In this document: positions 18,825 through 27,615 of the stretch, in pieces | Position numbering within the stretch: position 1 is the stretch's first letter | Layout of the letters: every line of letters begins with the position of its first letter | Origin: Candidatus Eiseniibacteriota bacterium | GTDB taxonomy: Bacteria > Eisenbacteria > RBG-16-71-46 | Direction: 5' to 3' | NCBI GenBank assembly: GCA_031370785.1 | Contig: JANMQY010000124.1 | Location: 1 to 38,366 of the forward strand | Length of the DNA stretch: 38,366 nucleotides | Notes under the pieces: generated by a model | What the model saw: the letters and a program-made list of their open reading frames with translations, nothing else | The model's database searches: none | What the model was told of the DNA's origin: nothing | Translations under genes and position numbers: made by a program

Positions 18825-19773
18825 GGCCGCCCGCTTCCTTCTCGAGTTCGGCCTTCAGCCAGAACGCGTTCCTGGCCACGATGCGCGCGCCGCGTTCGAG
18901 TCCCGAGACGATCTCGGTTGTCGTTCCGTCGCTTCGACCAACCGTCACCGGCTGTACCTCGAATCCCGATGAATCGGCGCGGAACACCGCCGCTCCCGTG
19001 CCCATCCGGACGATCGCATCCTCGGGCACGGCGACCGGCACGGTGACGCGTTCGACCACGGCAACCGCTGTCACGAGCCTCCCCGGCTGCCAGCGGCCAT
19101 CGCGATTTGGAAGCACGACGCGCGCATAGGTGCTTCGCGTGTCCACGTCGAGGAGCGGCCCCACGTAGCTGATCGTGCCGGTCGCCGCGATCGAAGGCCC
19201 ACCCTCGGTTCGCACGTGGACCACCTGGCCGCGGCGAATCCGACCCAGATGCTGCACATAGATGGGAAAGTCGAGCCACACGCTCGAGAGATCCGCCACC
19301 GTGTAGAGCACGGATTCGTGATCCACGACCGCGCCCGGGTTGGCGGGACGACCAACGATCGTCCCTGCCATCGGGGCGGTCACGACGTATTCACTGAGAC
19401 TTTCGTTGCTGTAGATCACGCCCAGCGGTTGTCCGCGCGTCACCCAACTTCCAAGCTCTGCCTGCATTGAAACCACGCGACCGGCATAGGTCGGGCGCAC
19501 ATCGACGCTGCGTTCCGCGTTGAGCTTGATCTCGCCGGGAAGCTCGAACGCGACCTCGATTGATTGCGCCCCTGCCCTGCCGAGAACGATTCCGGCGCTG
19601 CGAATCGCATCGTCGGAAAGCTCGACCACGGTCCCGCCATGCGGTCCGGTCGTGTGAGCCTCCTCGTGGTGTTCCTCGGCGGCAGGGTTCGGCTTCCCAC
19701 AGCCAGCGAGCGCCAGGGCGCCTGCGAGAAGCAGGCTGACCGGCACATGTAATCCCGGGATGCGTCGATTCAT
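18814..19773 (-). CDS. czcB: CzcB-like RND periplasmic adaptor, lipoprotein with His-rich N-terminus
   Basis: LAGC lipobox, EEHHEEAH..PHGG, ADLSSVW, TR...ARVVLPN..GRW.PG; ATG at 19773 overlaps the OMF stop and has a GGAGGAG SD. Confidence 0.88.
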   Translation of the reverse strand: MNRRIPGLHVPVSLLLAGALALAGCGKPNPAAEEHHEEAHTTGPHGGTVVELSDDAIRSAGIVLGRAGAQSIEVAFELPGEIKLNAERSVDVRPTYAGRVVSMQAELGSWVTRGQPLGVIYSNESLSEYVVTAPMAGTIVGRPANPGAVVDHESVLYTVADLSSVWLDFPIYVQHLGRIRRGQVVHVRTEGGPSIAATGTISYVGPLLDVDTRSTYARVVLPNRDGRWQPGRLVTAVAVVERVTVPVAVPEDAIVRMGTGAAVFRADSSGFEVQPVTVGRSDGTTTEIVSGLERGARIVARNAFWLKAELEKEAGGHED

Positions 19774-21050
19774 CGCTCCTCCTTCGGGGCGGGCAGCCCG
19801 GTTCCTGCGAGTAGTGCGAGGCGCATGCGTGCGCGCCACAGATCGGCTTGCGCGTCGATGAGAGCAAATTCGGTTTGCAGGAGGTTGCTCTGTTCGGCGA
19901 CGAGATCGAGGTAGCTCGACCGGCCGGCGCGATATCCGCGGAGCAACTCGTCCACCACCTGTTCGCGCGCGGGACGCACGCGAAGTCGCAGGGTGTCGAA
20001 GACCGCGGTGGCGGCTTGAAGCCGCTCGATGGCGGTCATGCGCGCGACGTCCAGCCTCTGCTCGGTTGCCCGCCGCTCTGCGACGGAGGCTTCCAGCTCA
20101 TGACGTGCTCCGGCGATGTCACCGGCCCCGCGATTCCAGAGTGGAAGCGGTACTTCCACACCTGCTACGAACCCGGTGCCGGGAATCTCTTCCAGCCGGC
20201 GCGCCCCGGCCGACAGAACGACGTCCGGAATCCGGGCTGCTGTGGCGACATGAACGCGGGCCATCGCCAGGGCTTCATTCGCGGAGGCACGAGCCAGCTC
20301 GGGATGAGGTTGGGGCTGCGATCGCCACAAGGCCGTATCGTCAGGCGCGGGCGCGACCAGGGAATCGAAGTCGGCCTCGGACGCGCCCCAGGTGAGGGCG
20401 AGTTCCTGGCGAGCAACATCGAGTTCCGACCCGGTGCGCCGCCGCTCCACGGCCTGCGCCAACGCCTGGCTCTGCGCTCGAAGGATCTCCAGCCGTGGCG
20501 ATGCGCCCGCTCGATACCGCTCCGTGGCCGCACGGATGGCTTGATCGGTGAGGTGTTCGCCTTCCCGAAGCTGTCGGAGACGAGTTTGGAGTGCCCAGGC
20601 AGCGATGAAACGATCGGCGGCCACGGCCAGCCCTTCGCTCCCGAGGACGTCGGTCTCGGCAGCCGCCAGCCTGTACTCGGCATCAGCGGTGGCGATGCGC
20701 GCCCGGCGGTCGCCTCCGAGTTCGAACGCCTGGCCGATCGCCGCCGTGGCTTCACGATGGCTCCCGCCCAACTGCCCGCCGAAGTTCTCTTCAGTGGCAC
20801 TCAGGGTCGGGTTCGGGCGGCGACCCGCATCCCCGATTCGCGCGCGCGCCGCCTCGGCGCGCAGGCCGGCGGGTCGAAGTCGCGGCTCGTACCGCCTCGC
20901 GAGCGCGAGGGCACGCTGAAGGGTCAGAGGACCCGTTACGACGGCAATGGTGTCCGGTGGTGTCGGCGCGGCGCCCGCCGTGGCGTCGAACGACGCAACA
21001 GCCACGACCAGCATCGCGCAGCGGCAGCCGGCTCTCGCGGATGAGAGCAC
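19770..21050 (-). CDS. czcC: CzcC/TolC family outer-membrane efflux protein (module 2)
   Basis: PNPTL...EN, Q.FELGG.R.ARI, RIPD, VPLPLWNR and YRAGRSSYLD; GTG start with AAGGAG SD 8 nt upstream. Confidence 0.9.
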   Translation of the reverse strand: MLSSARAGCRCAMLVVAVASFDATAGAAPTPPDTIAVVTGPLTLQRALALARRYEPRLRPAGLRAEAARARIGDAGRRPNPTLSATEENFGGQLGGSHREATAAIGQAFELGGDRRARIATADAEYRLAAAETDVLGSEGLAVAADRFIAAWALQTRLRQLREGEHLTDQAIRAATERYRAGASPRLEILRAQSQALAQAVERRRTGSELDVARQELALTWGASEADFDSLVAPAPDDTALWRSQPQPHPELARASANEALAMARVHVATAARIPDVVLSAGARRLEEIPGTGFVAGVEVPLPLWNRGAGDIAGARHELEASVAERRATEQRLDVARMTAIERLQAATAVFDTLRLRVRPAREQVVDELLRGYRAGRSSYLDLVAEQSNLLQTEFALIDAQADLWRARMRLALLAGTGLPAPKEER

Positions 21051-21059
21051 GCAATGATC

Positions 21060-21131
21060 TCCTTCGAGCCAGGGATGTCCGACCTTGGGCGCGCAAACGC
21101 GCGCCGGTTCAGATTCGGGCAGCTCGAAGGA
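21060..21131 (-). promoter_or_regulatory. SD-sequestering stem between leader 2 and czcC
   Basis: mRNA UCCUUCGAGC directly after the leader stop (21131-21122) is the perfect complement of GCUCGAAGGA (21069-21060), which covers the SD. Confidence 0.8.
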
Positions 21132-21512
21132 TCAACAACGAAGGATTGGCAGGCGCGTTCCGGGGGGTTCGCCGACCCAGAAGACCTGGGTTTCTGCGAC
21201 GAGCGGGGCAAGAACGACCAGGCACGATGCGGTGAACTGTGAGGCCGACACCGGCGCATGAGCCGCAAATGTGCGGGCACTTCTGACGGCGCTGAATGCT
21301 TCGTCCCGGCACGGCCCGCAGTCCGGTGTGCCGGGCGTGCCAATCGCAGCCGCGGCGGTGCCGACACCGACCCATGCGCACGCGCAGTGACCCAACTCCG
21401 GCCTCTCGCTCCCATCCGAAGAGATACAGATGGAGCCGCTCACCATCGGCGGCAAGACGAGGATCAGTTGGAGCAGCACCAGGACTCGGACGCGCCAGCT
21501 CGGAACGCTCAT
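21132..21512 (-). CDS. Small exported Cys-rich leader protein 2 (126 aa, ends PILRC)
   Basis: MSVPSWRVRVLVLLQLILVLPPMVSG signal-like start; ICISSDG..E.GHCAC and DCGPCRD align with the leader 1 motifs. Confidence 0.8.
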   Translation of the reverse strand: MSVPSWRVRVLVLLQLILVLPPMVSGSICISSDGSERPELGHCACAWVGVGTAAAAIGTPGTPDCGPCRDEAFSAVRSARTFAAHAPVSASQFTASCLVVLAPLVAETQVFWVGEPPGTRLPILRC

Positions 21513-21663
21513 GGGCCGATAACTCTCGTGGAAGGGCCGGCAGCGGTCAAGCAGTAGGTCGGCCTCACTCCGCCATTTTGCAGAAGCAGAAAGCCTTGTG
21601 CCTTGCCAAACTGGGCTGGCGAAGGACATGAAGGCCGTGATGGCGCTCCGGACCGACGATTTT

Positions 21664-21720
21664 CACAGCATCACTCCAGAGGTGGGCAACTGTCCCCGGG
21701 GACAATTGCCACAGCATCAC
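21664..21720. repeat. 26-bp near-perfect palindrome flanked by 11-bp direct repeats
   Basis: GGCAACTGTCCCC|GGGGACAATTGCC (21685-21710, one mismatched pair); CACAGCATCAC at 21664-21674 and 21710-21720. Confidence 0.8.
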
Positions 21721-22082
21721 CTCTTGCGGACTGGTTTGGTCTCCGGTTTCTCCTCGACGAGCTGCTTGATCGCCGCGAGGCGCTTGTCCCATTGCTCCGA
21801 GATCAGGTCGAGACAGCTCCCCGCCTCCACGAGCCGCTGCGGCTCGATCTCCCAGCGACTCTCCCGCCCACTGCGGCTGCCGCGCACCAGCCCGGCATCG
21901 GCGAGCATGATCAGATGCTTGGTGATCGCCTGACGCGTGATTGCGGTTCCGGTCGTGAGCTGAGCGATCGACTGGGGCCCGCCCTCAGACAGTCGGGCCA
22001 CCAGCCGCAGCCGCGTTTCGTCCCCGAGTGCGGCGAAGATGGGCGCGGAGGTCCTGAGCCGCGCCCCCGTCGACGCCGCCAT
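21717..22082 (-). CDS. ArsR/SmtB family transcriptional regulator (SRPBCC-associated type)
   Basis: FAALGDETRLRLV.RL, ITRQAITKHL..LADAGLV, GRE..W and QWD.RL motifs; TGATG coupling with the upstream gene. Confidence 0.88.
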   Translation of the reverse strand: MAASTGARLRTSAPIFAALGDETRLRLVARLSEGGPQSIAQLTTGTAITRQAITKHLIMLADAGLVRGSRSGRESRWEIEPQRLVEAGSCLDLISEQWDKRLAAIKQLVEEKPETKPVRKR

Positions 22083-22456
22083 CACTTCGACCGGTTGAGA
22101 TACTCGTCGATCGCCTTCATCTGACCTGCCCAACCCCTCTCGTTCATCTCGAATGCCTTCGCGCGACGAGCGAACGGAATCTGATCGAAGCCGGACTCGG
22201 TCACGGTGAGCACTGTGCCCTCCGCGACCTCCTCAAGGGTAAACTCGACGAGCGTGGTGGGCTCCTTGGAGTAGTCATAGCCGGGTTCGATCGGGTACGG
22301 GTGCCAGCGGAACGAGAACATTCGCTCGAGTTCCATCTTCTCGATCGTGATTTCCAACGGGCAGTCCTCGTATCCCTTGTGCTTGATCTTCCCCTGGACC
22401 CGGGCGCCGACATTCGCGTCGGTCAGGGCGCGCCATACGCGGGAGCGCGGTGCGCG
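22082..22456 (-). pseudogene. SRPBCC/AHSA1 family protein, 5'-truncated with internal deletion
   Basis: RAPRSRVWRALTDA then directly GARVQG...FSFRWHPY..YDYSKEPTTLVEF...VTESGFD...N..GW. The usual N-terminal strand and the FG.WF segment appear absent, and there is no credible start. Confidence 0.7.
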
Positions 22457-22521
22457 ATCGTAAGTCGTCCAGTGGCGCGGCCCTGGGGTACGAATCGGCG
22501 GCGCATCCAGGCCCCTCGTAC

Positions 22522-22878
22522 TCACTCGATCGTGACCTGTCCCTTCATCATGTCCATGCCGCACGCGTAGCTCAACGTGCCCGTATGCCCCGCGGGCACT
22601 TCGATGCGGACCGGCTGTCCGAGCGGCAGATCACGGCGCACGCCGAGGTCGGCGATCACGACTTCGGTCGCGCAGGTCTGGTCGGTCTTGCGCGTGAACA
22701 CGAGCGTCGTCGGCTGGCCGGAGCGCAGTTTGGTCTGGGCCGGCTCAAAGCCCTGGTCGGTGACGTCGATATGGATCTCTCCAGCCTTTGCCACGGCGCC
22801 ACCCTTCTGGCAGGCGACGAGTGTGACGAGTGCGGCAACCGCGACGAGTGAAACCAGGATCCAATGCACTGCTTTCAT
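22522..22878 (-). CDS. Cupredoxin-domain lipoprotein (CupA-like copper binding)
   Basis: LVAC lipobox; GFEP, TCATEV and YACGMDMMKG motifs; ATGA overlap with the cusA stop. Confidence 0.88.
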   Translation of the reverse strand: MKAVHWILVSLVAVAALVTLVACQKGGAVAKAGEIHIDVTDQGFEPAQTKLRSGQPTTLVFTRKTDQTCATEVVIADLGVRRDLPLGQPVRIEVPAGHTGTLSYACGMDMMKGQVTIE

Positions 22879-25800
22879 GACAGACCTCCGGTGAGTGGGG
22901 CTGGGTGAACAGGGGGTGGAGTCGAGGCGGGTTCTGCGTCCGCGACCGCGGCGCGCTCGGGAAGGCGGCGCCCCTTCCACCACGCGAAGATCGCGGGGTA
23001 GACGAGCAGTTCGAGCGCGAACGAGGTGATCACGCCGCCCACCATGGGCGCAGCGATGCGCTTCATGACGTCGGCGCCAGCGCCGTGCCCCCACAGGATC
23101 GGGAGCAGGCCGAACAGGATGGCGCACACCGTCATCATCTTGGGCCGGATGCGATGCGCGGCGCCCTCGACGATGGCCTCGGTGAGCCCGGCACGGTCGC
23201 GGATGCGGCCCGCCGCGTGATGGTCGCGATACGCGAGATTGAGGTAGAGCAGCATCACCGTGCCGGTCTCGGCGTCGAGCCCGGCCAGCGCGATCATCCC
23301 GACCCACACCGCGACGCTCAGGTTGTAGTGCAGCAACCACAGCAGCCAGATCGCGCCGATCAGCGAAAACGGCACGGCCAGCATCACGATGCCGGCCTCG
23401 GGCACCGAGCGCAGGTTGAAATAGAGCAGCACGAACACGAGCAGCAACGTGATCGGGATCACCCAAGTGAGCCGCGCCTGCGCGCGCTCGAGGTACTGGA
23501 ACTGGCCCGACCACTCGATTCGATAACCGGTGGGCAGCGTGACGCGCTCTCCAACCACGCGCTGCGCGTCGCGCACGTAGCTCCCGAGCGGCCGGTCGGC
23601 CACGTCCACCGAGACCAGGCCGACGAGCTGTCCGTCCTCCTCCTGAATCATGGAGGGTCCATTGCGGAAGCGCATCGTGGCAAGGGTCGCGAGCGGAACC
23701 TGCGCGCCGGATGAAGTCGGCACCAGCACGCGCCCGAGCGCCTCGGGATTGTCACGCAGTTCGCGTGCGTAGCGCACGGCCACGCTGTAGCGCTCGCGGC
23801 CCTCGACGGTCTGGGTGACGGCGCTGCCGCCGATCGCGGTCTCGATCACGTCCTCGATGTCGCCGACGGTGAGCCCGTAGCGCGCGGCAGCGTCGCGACG
23901 GATGTCGAAGTCCAGGAACCGCCCGCCGGTGACACGCTCGGCGAACGCGCTGCGTGTGCCGGGCACGTCGCGCACGGCATGCTCGACGGCGACGCCGATG
24001 CGTTCGATCTCGGCAAGGTCGGGGCCGAACACCTTGACGCCGACCGCGCTCCGCACGCCGGTCGCAAGCATTTCATTGCGCGTCTGGATCGGCATCCACC
24101 AGATGTTGGGCATGCCGGGGAAGCGCACCTTGCGATCCAACTCGGCGACCAGGCGCTCCCAGGTCATGCCCGCTCGCCACTCGCGTTCGGGCTTGAGCGT
24201 GATCACGGTCTCGACCATCGAGAGTGGGGCGGGATCGGTCGCGGTGCGCGCACGCCCGATCTTGCCGAACACCGTCGCCACCTCCGGCACGCTCTTGAGC
24301 TGACGGTCCATCTGCTGCAACACCGATCCAGCCTCGGTTTCGGAGATCCCGGGTGGCGCGGTCGGCATGTAGAGCAACGTGCCCTCGTTCAAGGGCGGCA
24401 TGAACTCGCTGCCGAGCGTGAGGAAGATGGGCACCGTGGAGAGCAGCAGCAGCGCGGCCCCGATCACCACGGCCCGGCGCCGGCGCACCACCCAGCGCAC
24501 CACCGGCGCGTAACCGCGCATCAGCGCGCGCGAGATCGGATGCTGATGCTCGCCGCGGATGCGCCCGCGCACGAACCACATGGTCAGCGCCGGCGTCAGC
24601 GTGATCGCGAGCAGCGCCGCGAACGCCATCGACCAGGTCTTGGTGAACGCGAGCGGCTTGAACATCCTTCCTTCGGCCCCCTGCAGCGTGAAGATGGGCA
24701 GGAACGACACGGTGATGACGAGCAGCGCGAAGAAGATCGGATGTCCGACCTCCTGCAGCCCTTCGATCACCGCCGTCGAGCGCGGGCCTTGCCGGCCGCC
24801 CTCCTCCCAGCGCTCGAGCTTCTTGTGCACGTTCTCGACCATGATGATCGAGGCATCGACCATCGCGCCGATCGCCACCGCGATGCCGCCCAGCGACATG
24901 ATGTTCGCGGTCAGGCCCTGCATCGCCATCGGGATGAACGCCAGCACCACCGCCACCGGGAGCGTCAGGATCGGGATCAGGGCGCTGCGGAAGTGGAAAA
25001 GGAACGCCACGATGATGAGGCTGACGATCAGCATCTCTTCGAGCAGCTCACGCTGGAGCGTTCTCGCGGCGCGTTGGATCAGGTCCGAGCGGTCGTAGGT
25101 GACGACGAGCTGGACTCCGGGCGGGAACGAGCCGCGCACCTCGGCCAGCCGCCGCTTGATGCCCTCGATCACACGCAGCGCGTTCTGCTTCTGGCGCATG
25201 ATGACGATGCCGCCCACTACCTCCCCGCGGCCGTTCAACTCGGCGAGCCCGCGGCGCGGCTCGGGGCCGAGATGCACCGCGGCCACGTCGCGCAACAGGA
25301 CGGGCACACCGCCGGGTCCGAGCTTGAGCGGGATCTGCTCGACGTCGGCCACGCTCTTGATGTATCCGCGGCCGCGCACGTAGTGCTCGTGCTCGGCGAT
25401 CTCGACCACGCCGCCGCCCACGTCGCCGTTCGAGCGGCGGATGGCGTCGGCGACGTCGCGGATCGAGAGCCCAAAGCTCTGGAGCTTCGCGGGCTCGAGG
25501 TCGGCCTGGTATTGCTTGACGAACCCGCCGATCGAGGCCACCTCGGCCACGCCGTCCACGCCCTGCAACCAGTAGCGCAGGGTCCAGTCCTGGAACGAGC
25601 GGAGCTGCTGCAGATCGAGTCGGCCCGTGGTGTCGATCAGCGCGTACTCGAACACCCAGCCGACGCTGGTCGCATCGGGACCGATCTGGGGCGTGACGCC
25701 CTCGGGCAGCCGGTTGCGCAGCGACGAGAGGTACTCGATCACGCGCGAGCGCGCCCAGTAGAGATCCACGTCGTCCTTGAACACCACGTACACAAACGAG

Positions 25801-26069
25801 TCGCCGATCATGGACAGCCCGCGCACGTAGCGCACACCGGGCGCGGCGCGCAGCGCGGTCACGATCGGATAGGTGATCTGGTCCTCGACCAGGTCGGGGC
25901 TGCGCCCCATCCACTCGGTCGAGATCACGACCTGGGTGTCGGACAGGTCGGGCACGGCGTCGAGCGGCGTGCGCATCAGCGCGGCGACACCGAACCCGGT
26001 GGCGATCAGCACCGCGGCCACGGTGAACGCGGGCCGCCTGGCGCAGGCGGCGATCAGGCGCTCGATCAT
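22875..26069 (-). CDS. cusA: CusA/SilA-type Cu(I)/Ag(I) efflux RND permease (module 3)
   Basis: PLDAVPDLSDTQV, YWARSRV.EYL, TM4 GGIAVAIGAMVDASIIMVEN; Met-triad contexts LLYMPT, APLSMVET, PIQTRNEML; RIRPKMMT. Confidence 0.95.
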   Translation of the reverse strand: MIERLIAACARRPAFTVAAVLIATGFGVAALMRTPLDAVPDLSDTQVVISTEWMGRSPDLVEDQITYPIVTALRAAPGVRYVRGLSMIGDSFVYVVFKDDVDLYWARSRVIEYLSSLRNRLPEGVTPQIGPDATSVGWVFEYALIDTTGRLDLQQLRSFQDWTLRYWLQGVDGVAEVASIGGFVKQYQADLEPAKLQSFGLSIRDVADAIRRSNGDVGGGVVEIAEHEHYVRGRGYIKSVADVEQIPLKLGPGGVPVLLRDVAAVHLGPEPRRGLAELNGRGEVVGGIVIMRQKQNALRVIEGIKRRLAEVRGSFPPGVQLVVTYDRSDLIQRAARTLQRELLEEMLIVSLIIVAFLFHFRSALIPILTLPVAVVLAFIPMAMQGLTANIMSLGGIAVAIGAMVDASIIMVENVHKKLERWEEGGRQGPRSTAVIEGLQEVGHPIFFALLVITVSFLPIFTLQGAEGRMFKPLAFTKTWSMAFAALLAITLTPALTMWFVRGRIRGEHQHPISRALMRGYAPVVRWVVRRRRAVVIGAALLLLSTVPIFLTLGSEFMPPLNEGTLLYMPTAPPGISETEAGSVLQQMDRQLKSVPEVATVFGKIGRARTATDPAPLSMVETVITLKPEREWRAGMTWERLVAELDRKVRFPGMPNIWWMPIQTRNEMLATGVRSAVGVKVFGPDLAEIERIGVAVEHAVRDVPGTRSAFAERVTGGRFLDFDIRRDAAARYGLTVGDIEDVIETAIGGSAVTQTVEGRERYSVAVRYARELRDNPEALGRVLVPTSSGAQVPLATLATMRFRNGPSMIQEEDGQLVGLVSVDVADRPLGSYVRDAQRVVGERVTLPTGYRIEWSGQFQYLERAQARLTWVIPITLLLVFVLLYFNLRSVPEAGIVMLAVPFSLIGAIWLLWLLHYNLSVAVWVGMIALAGLDAETGTVMLLYLNLAYRDHHAAGRIRDRAGLTEAIVEGAAHRIRPKMMTVCAILFGLLPILWGHGAGADVMKRIAAPMVGGVITSFALELLVYPAIFAWWKGRRLPERAAVADAEPASTPPPVHPAPLTGGLS

Positions 26070-26079
26070 GGCTGCCTCA

Positions 26080-27615
26080 TCATTTCTGGCCCGCCGAGCG
26101 CAGCTGACTCTCGGCGCCCACCAGAAAATTGCCCGAGGTCACGACGGTTTCTCCCGCGGTGAGGCCCGACAGCACTTCGACGTATCCGCCGGCGTGGCGC
26201 CCCAGGCGCACGTCGCGCGGCGCGAGCCGGCCACCACCGAGATCCACGAACACCACGTTGCGCTCGCCCGTCGGGAGCACCGCAGACTCGGGCACCGCAA
26301 GCCGGCGTACCGTGGGCGACATCAGGTCGACATCGACGTAGCGCCCGGGCTGGAGTCGCCCGCTGGGGTTGGAGAGCGTGATGCGAACCTCGGCCGTGCG
26401 CGTCGCGTCGTCGAGTTTCGGGAACACCGAAACCACGCCCCCCGCGAGCGGCCTCGTGTCCGAATAGGGATCGTGGATCGCCGCGCGCATACCCTCGCGC
26501 ACGTCGGTCAGGTCCTCCTGGCGCACGCTTGCCACGACCCAGATCGGGTCGAGCCGCGCAAGGCGGAACAGCACCTGCCCCGCGGTGAACGAGCTTCCCG
26601 CCACCACGTTCTTCTCGAGCACCACGCCCGAGACCGGCGAGCGCACTGGCAGCTCCTCGCGCGGCGCGCCGCGGCGCACGATGGCGGCGATGTCCGCGGG
26701 CGACAGATCCCACAGCGCGAGCCGTTCCCCGGCGGCCCGCGCCAGATCGGCAGAGCCCGAGCCGACCACGCCGCGCGAGCTGTCGGCGGCGGCGGCCTTC
26801 AGCGCCCCGAGGTATTCCTGCTGCGCCGACCACAGTTCGGGGCTGTAGACGGTGAACAGCACTCCGCCGCGGTGCACAGGCTGGCCGCTGACGCTGGCAT
26901 CCAGGCGGCGCACCCAGCCGCCGAACTTGAGCGCGACGTCGGCCTGCTGGCTTTCATCGACCGCGACGCGGCCCGGCACCCGAAGCGTCGCGTTCAGATC
27001 GCGCATCTGGACCGCCTCGGTGCGGATGTCGAGGGTCTGCCGGCGCGCCGTGTCCAGCGTGATGGTTCCCGCGACCGGGTCGCCGCCCGGCGCAGAGCCG
27101 GGCACGCCCGTGGTTCCCGACGCGCCGCCCGGCACAGCTCCCGGCGCCGCGTCGGCATCGCCGCTTCCGCTCAGGTATGCCACGCCGCGGATCGACGTGC
27201 TCACCCGGTACTCCACCTCGAACGGGGCCGCGTTGCGCGGCAGTAGCCGCAGCCGCGCTTCCCACTCGCCGATCATGGACAGCCCATAACCCGCGCGGAA
27301 TTCGCCGGAGGCGGCGCGCGTCACCTTGCCGCGGCTCTCCATGCGCGGCATTGCACCCATCGCTTCCATGACCACCATCATCTCGAGCGTGCCGTCCATG
27401 GGCCGGCCGCTCGAATCGCGCACCACCACGGTGAGCGTGTTGTCGCCGACCCGCGCGGGGTCGGGCGTGTTTCGCACACCGATGCGCCACGGACCCGCGC
27501 GGTCCGGCGTGTCCAGCGCCGGACGCCGGGACAGCGCGCAGCCCGCGGCAAGGAGCACCACCATCGCCGCCGCGCCGATCAACCAACCGCTCCACGAAAC
27601 GCTTCGCCGATTCAT
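26080..27615 (-). CDS. cusB: CusB-like RND adaptor with N-terminal Met-rich YtkA/FixH-like domain
   Basis: ATG 27615 overlaps the OMF stop; AAGC lipobox; MMVVMEAMGAMPRM...LSMIGEW domain, then YSPEL..AQQEYL, SPVSG and VVTSGNFL..AES.L. Confidence 0.88.
   Translation of the reverse strand: MNRRSVSWSGWLIGAAAMVVLLAAGCALSRRPALDTPDRAGPWRIGVRNTPDPARVGDNTLTVVVRDSSGRPMDGTLEMMVVMEAMGAMPRMESRGKVTRAASGEFRAGYGLSMIGEWEARLRLLPRNAAPFEVEYRVSTSIRGVAYLSGSGDADAAPGAVPGGASGTTGVPGSAPGGDPVAGTITLDTARRQTLDIRTEAVQMRDLNATLRVPGRVAVDESQQADVALKFGGWVRRLDASVSGQPVHRGGVLFTVYSPELWSAQQEYLGALKAAAADSSRGVVGSGSADLARAAGERLALWDLSPADIAAIVRRGAPREELPVRSPVSGVVLEKNVVAGSSFTAGQVLFRLARLDPIWVVASVRQEDLTDVREGMRAAIHDPYSDTRPLAGGVVSVFPKLDDATRTAEVRITLSNPSGRLQPGRYVDVDLMSPTVRRLAVPESAVLPTGERNVVFVDLGGGRLAPRDVRLGRHAGGYVEVLSGLTAGETVVTSGNFLVGAESQLRSAGQK

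Noticed and set aside
23979..26162. 727-aa plus-strand ORF and many other long antisense or alternate-frame ORFs (e.g. 11368-12666, 12497-13699, 10595-12148, 27852-29096, 29865-31103)
   Set aside because: Shadows of well-supported genes in GC-rich DNA; Arg/Ala/Gly-rich with no family motifs.
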